19,230 nucleotides of DNA from Octopus sinensis (Eukaryota), in the NCBI RefSeq assembly GCF_006345805.1, contig NW_021824339.1:1-19230 (forward strand). Direction: 5' to 3'. The first letter of the stretch is position 1, and the number at the start of each line of letters is the position of its first letter. A program made the translations under genes and the position numbers. The notes beneath the pieces were generated by a model. It was not told the origin of the DNA, ran no database searches, and saw only the letters and a program-made list of their open reading frames with translations. Below, one piece after another: positions 1-9,651 of the stretch.

Positions 1-457
1 ACGGGGTTTCCGTTCCCTCTGGAGATTCGGTGCCAGAGCTAAAACTAAAGACTAAGGGGTTGTCGGATGAAGTGGTTGGAGGATGGGAAATGTCGACCGA
101 CAGGTGACTCGTTATTTTATCAGATCTCTGGGGAGAGTTGTTCTGAAAACCTGTCGAACAATCGAAGGCCATTAGCCTGATGTAAATTGAATCGCAAAGC
201 AACAATCAAGCGCATAGATAAGGTTGGACTTGCAGTGGTAAGTTCTCCAAATGTAGAATGTGCTGCGGTCGGGTCCAACGAGAATGGCAAGATTGGAAAG
301 GAAAGGAAAGCTGTGGAAATGAAACGGGAACAGGATATAGCTCAGAGTGGGGACGAGGTGTGGGAAAGTAGTTACGGATGAGAAGATAGTGAAGGAAGGG
401 AGCACGCTTGAAGGAAGGATTGGTATGTTTATCTCGAGTTAAGGGCCCCTCCATCAA
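1..457 (-). pseudogene. Decayed Penelope-like element ORF remnant (RT-EN linker and GIY-YIG endonuclease), continuing past the left window edge
   Basis: Joining minus-strand frames across frameshifts gives SFKRAPFLHYLLIR...FPFLSNLAILVGPDRSTFYIWRTYHCKSNLIYALDCC / CDSIYIR / GLRLFDRFSEQL / NESPVGRHFPSSNH. This follows the Penelope pattern C-x-S-x-N-x-IY...C-x-x-C...YIG-x-T...L-x-x-RF-x-EH...PV-x-x-HF. Several frameshifts and stops are present. Confidence 0.8.
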
Positions 458-574
458 GAAAACGCCTAAGTTTTACAACATTAAATATACTGAGTACTTC
501 ATTTAATGGACATTCTTTTCTACTTTCGCAACTATGATCATTTTAAGGCCCGAAGGTATATGTCATATTACATA

Positions 575-1094
575 CGGTAAATCTTCGAGTATAATCCGCA
601 TTCCCCCCAAAAATTTAAAGGTCAAAATCCCTAGTGCGTACTATATACGAGGTTAAAAATGAAAAATATTTTCTAATCAATGTCCGAGTCTCTATTTGCT
701 GTCCGGCAATGTTTATTCAGATGCATTTTGTGATGTCAGGCGCAAAAATACCTTAAGCTAAGACTGAAAGCAATGAAGTCATAAAATAATCATCCATAAC
801 TTGCAATAAGCAACATTTATTAAAATAAAAGTATTCAGAACACAGAATAACATGTAACAAAAACAATTTGCAAACATATTTACATTCCCATATAACAGTT
901 AAGAACATCACTATTATTGTATTACGCTTGCGTAGAAGTGTTTGTTCGACTAGGTGCTGCTAGCTTAATTACGCGCGACTGAAGTTAGAGAAGGGGTGCG
1001 TATTATACGCAAGGTTTAGGTTTTTCAGAAGTACAGCCCCTAAAAATCCCCTGCATATTATACTCAAGGGTGGACTAAACTTGAGTATTTACGG
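575..1094. mobile_element. Non-autonomous Tc1/mariner-superfamily MITE (Tc2/pogo-type CCGTA termini), 520 bp
   Basis: TA at 573-574 and 1095-1096. Left end CGGTAAATCTTCGAGTATAATCCGC versus reverse complement of right end CCGTAAATACTCAAGTTTAGTCCAC is 18/25 identical. Subterminal repeats are present and there is no transposase ORF. Confidence 0.8.
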
Positions 1095-1098
1095 TATT

Positions 1099-1163
1099 CA
1101 TACATACATACATACATACATACATACATACATACATACATACATACTACATACATACATACA
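1099..1163. repeat. (CATA)n microsatellite
   Basis: Tandem CATA directly visible. Confidence 0.95.
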
Positions 1164-1361
1164 TATTGTAACGCACAGCCTAAATACCAATCTTGAGAAT
1201 TTAGGCTTCTCAAAACCAGAAAGGAGAAAGCTAATTCGATCGAAGTATACAGATCCAATCTATCACCGGAACTGTAAAAATCTGTAAAACTTTGCAGAAG
1301 TTTATCATTTAAATATATATGGGCATGTCTAGATATGCAACTATATGCATGAGAATACATT

Positions 1362-1542
1362 CCATCCTCATCACCATCCTCCTCCTCCTCTTCTTCATCA
1401 TCATCATCGTCATTATCATCATCATTATTATTTCCTTCGTTTATTTTACATTTCTGATTAGAGACGCCATATTACAATTTACTATTGTTATTATTATTAA
1501 TTATTATTGTTGTTGTTGTTGTTGTTATTATTATTATTATTA

Positions 1543-1586
<44 letters not shown>

Positions 1587-1621
1587 CATTTTATTATTAT
1601 TATTGTTATTATTATTATTAC

Positions 1622-1657
<36 letters not shown>
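1362..1657. repeat. Compound trinucleotide microsatellites (CAT/CCT, then GTT/TAT)
   Basis: Directly visible, with a short unique spacer at about 1432-1480. Confidence 0.9.
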
Positions 1658-1959
1658 CTACATCTTTATTTTTCATCGCAATTAATTAGATAATTAAATA
1701 TTCATAGAAAACTAAAAAAAATTCAAGGTTAGCAAATGCTATCAGACAAGAATAAATCGCCAATATTTACCGAGCCTACAGAATCCTGCTATTCTCTGGA
1801 ATGTTCCAAAGTCTATCATATTAGCCTCTCTCTCTGTTTATACCGCTTTTTTTTTTATTTTACCGAAGCTGGAAGCCTTTCATTCCACTTGTACCAATTA
1901 CACGATTCCTCTTACAATGCACACCGACTTTTATTTCACTGGCTTTCATCTTTCAACCT

Positions 1960-2088
1960 TATTGTTGATGCTGTTGTTGTTGTTGTTGTTGATGTTGCTT
2001 TTGTTGTTGTTATTATCATTATTTGTACTATTGTTATTATTATTATTATTATTATTGTTATTGTTATTATTATTATTATTAATAGTTT

Positions 2089-2144
<56 letters not shown>

Positions 2145-2417
2145 GTTCTGCTGCTGCTGTTGTCGTCATCATCGTCATCGCTATCATCATCGTCGTCGTT
2201 ATTACTGTCAACATCGTCATCTTGGTCATAATCATCATCGTCTCATCATCATCATAATCATCATAATCATCGTCGTCATCGTCGTCATCATCATTGTCAA
2301 CATCATCTTCGTCATCATCATCGTCATCATTGTGGTCATCATCGTCGTCGTCGTCGTCTTCATCATCACCATCATCACCATCATCATCACCACCATCATC
2401 ATCATCATCATTACCAT
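1960..2417. repeat. Compound trinucleotide array GTT-ATT-CTA-CTG-CAT/CGT
   Basis: Succession of triplet motifs directly visible. Confidence 0.95.
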
Positions 2418-2474
2418 CGTTTTAATTAATTAATTTATTTATTTGGCCGGTACAATGCAATTAGCGTTAGCAGC

Positions 2475-2502
2475 GATGATGATGATGATGATGATTGTGA
2501 TG

Positions 2503-2592
<90 letters not shown>

Positions 2593-2665
2593 GTGATGAT
2601 GATGATGATGATGATGATTGTGATGATGATGATGATGATGATGATTGTGATGATGATGATGATTG

Positions 2666-2706
<41 letters not shown>

Positions 2707-2717
2707 GTGATGATGAT
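2475..2717. repeat. (GAT)n microsatellite with recurrent ATTGTG/GGT interruptions
   Basis: Directly visible. Confidence 0.95.
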
Positions 2718-2889
2718 GGCGGCGGTGACATGAGTAAACCGTCAAAATTGTAAAAGCTGACAGACAAGAGCCAAAAAGTCAATAATTTTCACCAGCGTTT
2801 CGCCCAATATTAATAGACGTAACGGTGAGATAATTGATTAGCCAGGCAGATCGATATTTGTCTCTGCGGTGGTGGAAGTGGCACAAACA

Positions 2890-2921
2890 GGGTGGGGGTG
2901 GGGGTGGTGGAGGGTGGAGGG
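2890..2921 (+). other. Putative G-quadruplex motif
   Basis: GGG-T-GGGGG-T-GGGGG-TGGTGGA-GGG-TGGA-GGG fits the canonical G3+N1-7 pattern. Confidence 0.6.
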
Positions 2922-3036
2922 TGGCGCAGGAATGTGGCTGGAGCGATTGGTGAGCACCAGTGTGGAGTGATGGATGGTACGTACCAGCACCAATCAACAC
3001 CGCTGCTGATGCCGAGGCTGCTAACAAGCACGATGT

Positions 3037-3164
3037 CAACAACAAGAAGAAGAACAACAACAACCACAACTACAAGACCAGTAAAAGCAATACCAATAAC
3101 AACGTTAGTGCCAACGACCACCACCACCCACGCTGCTGCCACCAAATCCACCATCGCCACCACC

Positions 3165-3210
<46 letters not shown>

Positions 3211-3505
3211 CCACCACCACCACCACCACCACCACCACCACACCACCACCACCACCATCAAAAGCACCACTACCACCACCACCACCAATCACCACCACCA
3301 AAACCACCACCACGACTACCACGACCACGACCACTACCAGTACCACCAACAACAACACCACCACCATCACCACTACAACCACTACCACCATCATCACCAC
3401 CATCACCACCACTACCACCACCATCATCACCACCACCACCAACAACAACATCACCACCAACAACACCACCACCACCACCAAAACCACCGACATCGTTACC
3501 ACACC
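3037..3505. repeat. (CAA)/(CCA)n degenerate trinucleotide array
   Basis: Directly visible. Confidence 0.9.
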
Positions 3506-3563
3506 AATATAAACGACAGGTATATAAATGATTGTGAGTGTATATATATATATATATATATGT

Positions 3564-3767
3564 GGAGTTGCGTGGCTTAGTGGTTAGGGCGTCAGCATCA
3601 TGATCGTAAGGTTGTGGTTTCGATTCCTGGACCAGGCGACGCGTTGTGTTCTTGAGCAAAACACTTCATTTCACATTGCACCAGTCCACTCAGCCGACAA
3701 AGATGAGTAACGCTGCGATGGACAGGCGTCCCGTCCAGCTGGGGAACACATACGCCATAGAAACCGG
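3564..3767 (+). mobile_element. tRNA-derived SINE, family C (CORE-like centre), 3'-truncated
   Basis: A box TGGCTTAGTGG, B-box-like GGTTTCGATTCC, and CORE-like GTGTTCTTGAGCAAAACACTT. The head is homologous to 19156-19230. Confidence 0.85.
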
Positions 3768-3802
3768 TGTGGTTGGTAAACAAGCTACTTACCACTTGCG
3801 CT
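3768..3802 (-). mobile_element. SINE family A head fragment
   Basis: TGTGGTTGGTAAACAAGCTACTTACCAC matches the head of family A copies such as about 18058-18085. Confidence 0.75.
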
Positions 3803-3831
3803 TCAAAAATCACAGGAATAATCCGTACCAA

Positions 3832-3995
3832 GGACTTTTATTAAGTTCCAGTCTACCCGGTTTCACTCTCTCAAAATACATGGTGAGCTGAGGACATAGA
3901 AAATGACATTTCCTCTAGATGACACGCAGTGGGATCGACCCTATTAACTTGTGATTATGAATCGAAATCCTGAACAATTCCGACATACCGCACCT
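3832..3995 (-). mobile_element. Highly diverged SINE family A-related 5' half
   Basis: Colinear degenerate match to A blocks: GTCTACC..TTCACTC, GACA(C)TT, CACGCAGTGGGATCGA, terminal GCACCT. Confidence 0.6.
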
Positions 3996-4083
3996 TGCTC
4001 AAACACATATAAACGATTAAATAATCTTGTGACAATAAAAGTTGTTCTCAGTATCATTGAAGCAAGGAAATATATTTTAAATA

Positions 4084-4696
4084 TCTCTTATATAAAATCC
4101 GTTCTGTCTGCCTGTGTGTCTGTCTTCTAGGATCTCGGGCATCCTCCATCCGATTGCGCTCAAATTTGAAATGTAGATACCGACGGTATCAGGGCGTGTA
4201 TAAGTCTTGAAAAAAAATTACAAAAATCGATTCCAGGTGAGAATGCTATCGATAAAGCCGTGGGAACGTGCATTTGTAAAATCGTTTTTCTTGGAATAGA
4301 AAAAAGTCTATCTTTATTTCTTCTTTTGCTGGTGTCTCAAATTTAGGCTAAATTAGTGTTTCTGAAAGGGGAGGCCTATGGGACGGTCGGACAAATTGTT
4401 TTGAGAAAATTTGGTTTAAATGTTTGACAACTCAGCACTTGGACGGGGGAGGCGTTTTGCTCGTATTATACAAATATGGAACACTTACACACAACACTTG
4501 AAGTTTCACGGCGAGCCACGACTATAACTTAATCTGTTTTATGATATATAATCAACGCCCTTGCCATTATATTCAATAGCCGATGAATGGGGGTACATGC
4601 GTTCATTACTGGTCAAAAACTGAGGTAAGTTCATATCCGTGGCTTACCAGGAAACTTCGGGAATTGTACGTAAATGTTTCATGCTTGTATAATGTA
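4084..4696 (+). mobile_element. Non-autonomous Helitron-like element, 5' portion (3' end not evident)
   Basis: A|TCTCTTATATAAAA start, then a (CTGT)-rich tract and CCGATTGCGCTCAAATTTG, the usual 5' layout of small animal Helitrons. No 3' hairpin of its own is seen, so the right boundary is uncertain. Confidence 0.6.
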
Positions 4697-5083
4697 CTAG
4701 CAGTATTACCCGGCGTTGCTCGGGTTTGTTTCGACCCTTTAGAATTGGAATTTTTGAAAAATAAAAATTTTGCATTATGTAGCTTGTTATTCTCTTTAAC
4801 TGAGTATTTTCTGGTTGAAATACGCCGAAAAATGGCGACACAGCAGTCAAAAAATCGTAAAGAAGAGGGATTTTCTTAGAAAAAAAGCACCTTTTTGATG
4901 TAAATAATTTTTGGTTTTAATGTGGTCGGATTTGAATTTTATCTTCTACGGAAGGAAGAGCAAGCCTTCTTCTATCATACTTTCAATTTTGGTCAACTTG
5001 CGCCGCAGGGTCTGGGAGGAGATAGTGTTAGTTGAAGGCTACCAAACATGCCACACAGACAAATTCAGCATTATATATATAGA
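4697..5083 (-). mobile_element. Complete non-autonomous Helitron (387 bp)
   Basis: On the minus strand: 5' TCTATATATATAATG at 5083, 3' GC hairpin CCCGAGCAACGCCGGG (4724-4709) followed 8 nt later by terminal CTAG (4700-4697). It lies between host A and T with no TSD. Confidence 0.88.
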
Positions 5084-5310
5084 TTAATTAATTAATATTA
5101 AATATAGACGCAAATATATTTCTATATATGTACATACGAACATATACAAATACTATTCTTCTGGTTCCTGTTAATGGACAACGGCCGTGTTGCAGAGTAC
5201 TTTCGTAAGATTATTTGTCTGGGACTTACTTTATCGAATTCGATCAAACAAAATATATCCTTGTTTAGAAAACTTCACAACAAAAAGAAGGCCCTTGGTG
5301 CAGACCATAA

Positions 5311-5405
<95 letters not shown>

Positions 5406-5516
5406 AATCAATGTATGTATGTATGTATGTATCTATCTATCTACCTACATATCTATCTACCTACTTACCTACATACCAACGTACGTACGTACCTACCTAC
5501 CTGCCTACCTACCTAC

Positions 5517-5564
<48 letters not shown>

Positions 5565-5638
5565 ATGGGTGTATATATCTGTCTGTCTATCTACCTGGCT
5601 AGCTAGCTATCTGTTTATCTGTCTGTCTATTAACACCC

Positions 5639-5696
<58 letters not shown>

Positions 5697-5709
5697 ATAT
5701 ATATATATA
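5311..5709. repeat. (TCTA)n/(CCTA)n, (CT)n and (TA)n compound microsatellite
   Basis: Directly visible. Confidence 0.95.
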
Positions 5710-5829
5710 GCCGAAATTGCTACGATGATCCGGTTCTTGACTGAAGATTGAAGGTTTCGAATGTCCCGTCCGTGTTTTTTGTATCGTCTTCTAAATGTTT
5801 TACGTTCTTGTCCCTTTGTATTTTTCTCT
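5710..5829 (+). mobile_element. Short insert within a (TA)n tract, possible Penelope terminal-repeat fragment
   Basis: Complex sequence flanked by TA repeats, with a T-rich 3' half organised like 9652-9825. The assignment is inference. Confidence 0.4.
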
Positions 5830-6346
5830 ATAATAAATAAGAATAATATAATAATAATAATATAATAATTAATATATATATATATATATATATATATCAT
5901 ATTGTGTAGGGTGTACGCGTGTCTGTTTGTCTATCACATATCTCTCTCTGTCTATCTCTGCATGTATATATTTATATCCACTCCGTTTATGTATCTGCTT
6001 CGCAAGATTCTTTTCGCGAACTCGTGTGTTGACGTATACGTTGATAGCATAACGTCTCTCTCTAGACACCACACAATACTTATACTTATCTCTACGTACA
6101 TATCTACAACACATACATGCACTTCTATACATGTCTGTCTGTGTGTATAATTCATTATAAATGTACTCATTCCATTTGTTTAAGATTATCTCCCTAATTC
6201 GCCGGTCGATGATTCACCGCCGCATTACATCAAGTTTCTCGATGGCGTGGATGGGGGACCTTCCTTGATCTTTTAGATAAGTTTCAGGATTCGCATCTGA
6301 ATGATCACAGGCAGGATTTCACATTATGAGCAAGTGAATCATTAGC

Positions 6347-7055
6347 TATATACACACGTACATACATACATATATATAGATACATACATACATACATATA
6401 TACATACATACATACATAACATACATACATACATACATGCATGCATGCATACCATCCATAATATAATATAAGATACATAGATCTATCTGTCTATATATAT
6501 AATATTTATACACATACATTATATATATGTATAGATTATGTATAATATATATATATATATATATTATATTATATATGTATATATATATATAATATATCTT
6601 GTATATATATATTATATACAATACAAAAACACCATGCAAATATAATTATCTATTATGTATATATGGGTGTATATATTATATATATACATATATATCTATA
6701 TATATATATATGTACGTATATATAGATATGCATATGTTGCGTACATATATGAATCATATATTATAATAATATATAATATATATATATTACTCATACCATA
6801 CATTAATAAATAGGTACTGTATGTATGTACTGTATACACATGCATAATATATACTCAGTGCATGCACATGTGCACACACGCATTCATTTATACACATATA
6901 TACATACATAGATAATATATATTTGCATGTGTATATGTATAGACATTTTTGCACTAATACACCCATTCTTTGATTCATACATACATACACACACGTACAT
7001 ATATACATGATTCATACATACATACATACATATACACATACATACATACATATCC

Positions 7056-7086
<31 letters not shown>

Positions 7087-7390
7087 CACATACATACATA
7101 CATGCATACATACATACATACACACATACATAATACATACATACATACATACATACATACACACATACATACATACATACATATACACATACATACATAC
7201 ATATCCACATACATACATACATACATACATACATACATACATAAATACATACATACATACATACACACATACATACATACATACATACATACATACATAC
7301 ATACATACATACATACATACATACATACATACATACATACATACGTACATACATACATACATACGTATATACATACGTGCATATATACAT
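6347..7390. repeat. Degenerate (TA)n/(CATA)n field, pure (CATA)n from about 6975
   Basis: Directly visible. Confidence 0.92.
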
Positions 7391-7609
7391 AAGTGCACGC
7401 TTGCATGTGCACTCATGTGTTTGTTTGTGCGTATGTGTGCGTGTCCGTGTGTGTGTGTATGTATGTCTGTGAGTGTATGTGTGTATGTGTGTTTAAATTT
7501 CATCTCTAGATTTTTGACCCCTAAATTATTTTACATCATTACTAATTTATTTTCTCCCGAACAAAACATACTTTGTTTCATGTGTTGTGAAATAGTTACC
7601 GCACACGCA

Positions 7610-7651
<42 letters not shown>

Positions 7652-7693
7652 TATAGGTCTGTGAAGTGCGAAAAACAGATAATTATACAACAG

Positions 7694-7734
7694 ATCATCA
7701 TCATCATCGTCATCATCATCATCATCATCATCAT

Positions 7735-7776
<42 letters not shown>

Positions 7777-7866
7777 TATAATAGTCATCATCATCATCGT
7801 CATCATCATCCTCATCATCATCATCATCATCATCATCATAGTCATCATCATCATCATCATCATCAT
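7694..7866. repeat. (CAT)n microsatellite
   Basis: Directly visible. Confidence 0.95.
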
Positions 7867-7989
7867 CGCTCCAACGTCCCACCAGCCCCATCATCACCTT
7901 CCAGTTCATTCAGTCCGCTTATCTATAGTCAGCGCGTGCGCGCACCGCGTGTGTGGAAGTATACATATATTTATATATGCGTGTATATT

Positions 7990-8006
7990 ATACATACATA
8001 CATACA

Positions 8007-8069
<63 letters not shown>

Positions 8070-8257
8070 GTGTATAAGCATATGTGTATATACATGCAGC
8101 TATATACATATATATACTACATATATATATATATATGTATTTATACATGTATGTATATTTATATATATACATATATATATATATTTATATATATATATGT
8201 TATATATCATACATATATATATATATAAATATCATATATGTATATTATATATATATC

Positions 8258-8295
<38 letters not shown>
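7990..8295. repeat. (CATA)n/(TA)n microsatellite
   Basis: Directly visible. Confidence 0.95.
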
Positions 8296-8298
<3 letters not shown>

Positions 8299-8688
8299 GT
8301 TCCTGTGTCTAACCTCTCTCTTTTACATTTGTTTCGTTTCATTATTAGAAGTCGAAACACGCCATGTCTGGCTGTCTGCCTGGAGAGGGAGAGAGTGGGC
8401 GAGAAAGACTCAGAGAGAGAGAGAGAGGGAGGGAGGGAAGACGGGAGATAGACGGCTTTTAAATAACGCCATCATTACCCTTCACCCCCACCCACCCCCC
8501 TCTCCCTCTCTCCCTCTCCCTCTCCCTCCGCCCTTCTGCCCTTCCGCGGTTTCGTGCTAACAATGGTTTACGGTTTGAAGGTCGCTCCGAGCAGCTAACC
8601 ACAAAGCCAGCAGGGACCGACTACAAAGGCTCTCTTTGATAAACGCCTATGCTCTGCGCTCGCTGACTCCCCCCCCCACTCGTCCAGA

Positions 8689-8689
<1 letters not shown>

Positions 8690-8764
<75 letters not shown>

Positions 8765-8785
8765 TTGCTGCCGCTGCTGTTACTA
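8690..8785. repeat. (CTA)n(CTG)n compound microsatellite
   Basis: Directly visible. Confidence 0.95.
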
Positions 8786-8939
8786 TGGTGAATCTGCTTA
8801 ATTAGATCTCATCAAAGTATTGTTGTTTTAGAAACTGGGTCCTCTGTGGTTTAGTTAACTTTGGTTATAGGTTTTACATATCGGTGCTTGGACGTAACAA
8901 CAACAGCAACAACAACAATAATAATAATAATAACAAACG

Positions 8940-9116
8940 ATGATTTAAAAGTTTGGAACACGAGCAGCAAGTGCGGTGTAGAGGAGGTGGGGGCAAGTCG
9001 ATTACATCGACCCTGTCTTCAACTGGTGTTCATTTTATCGACTGCGAAGGGATGAAAGTCAAAATCGACCCCAGTGGCGTTTGAACCCAGAACGTCAAAA
9101 CGAGCGAAAAGTCGCT
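8940..9116 (-). mobile_element. Diverged SINE family B copy
   Basis: GTCGATTACATCGACCC...AACTGGT...TTTATCGAC...GGATGAAAG...TTTGAACCCAGAACGT is colinear with 18555-18656. Confidence 0.8.
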
Positions 9117-9308
9117 CGGTCGGTATTAGTCCTATTGTTTACCTTTCAGATCTTTCCGTCATATACGCCTTAATTCTTTTAATACCAATCCACCTGAGAC
9201 CATCCATACTTTTATGACACAGATTCAACTTTTTTGTTATTGATCTAAAATTTAAAACTTCCATCAAAATTTAATGTTAATTTAATGTCGGAAACACAAG
9301 ATTATTTT

Positions 9309-9390
9309 ACTAAATTCTACACTAAATTCTACACTAAATTCTACACTAAATTCTACACTAAATTCTACACTAAATTCTACACTAAATTCT
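9309..9390. repeat. Perfect 12-bp minisatellite (ACTAAATTCTAC) x 6.8
   Basis: Six full units plus 10 nt, with no mismatches. Confidence 0.97.
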
Positions 9391-9651
9391 TAACTATTTT
9401 CCACATTTATTGAAACAAAGATTATGCTCTTTACTCTCTCTCTTTACTCTTTTGCTTGTTTCAGTCATGTGACTGTGGCCATGCTGGAGCACCGCCTTTA
9501 GTCGAGCAAATCGACCCCAGGACTTAATTCTTTGTAAGCCTAGTACTTATTCTATCGTCTCTTTTGCCGAAACGCTAAGTTACGGGGACTTAAACACACC
9601 AGCATCAGTTGTCAAGCGATGTTGGGGGGGACAAACATATACACACACACA

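Noticed and set aside
187-381. 64-aa plus-strand ORF
   Set aside because: Antisense to the Penelope endonuclease remnant, non-ATG start and no recognisable motif.
2892-3512. 206-aa Thr-rich mucin-like ORF and overlapping His/Gln-rich ORF
   Set aside because: Open only because CAA/CCA triplets lack stops; several frames on both strands are open, the start is non-ATG and there is no signal peptide or domain.
3564-3635. tRNA gene
   Set aside because: A and B boxes are present, but I could not build a clean cloverleaf and the sequence continues into a SINE body.
4084-5083. Single TIR DNA transposon with TC...GA ends
   Set aside because: End similarity is short and there is no TSD; an internal hairpin plus CTAG fits two Helitron 5' ends better.
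5735-5770. Intact hammerhead at CTGAAGA...GAATGTC
   Set aside because: Lacks GAAA and a pairable stem I; kept only as a weak hint.
7007-8451. Long HTYI/poly-Ile/poly-His ORFs
   Set aside because: Translations of (CATA)n, (CAT)n and (TA)n arrays.
9309-9390. CRISPR-like array
   Set aside because: Contiguous 12-bp units with no spacers, in a eukaryotic context with no cas genes.
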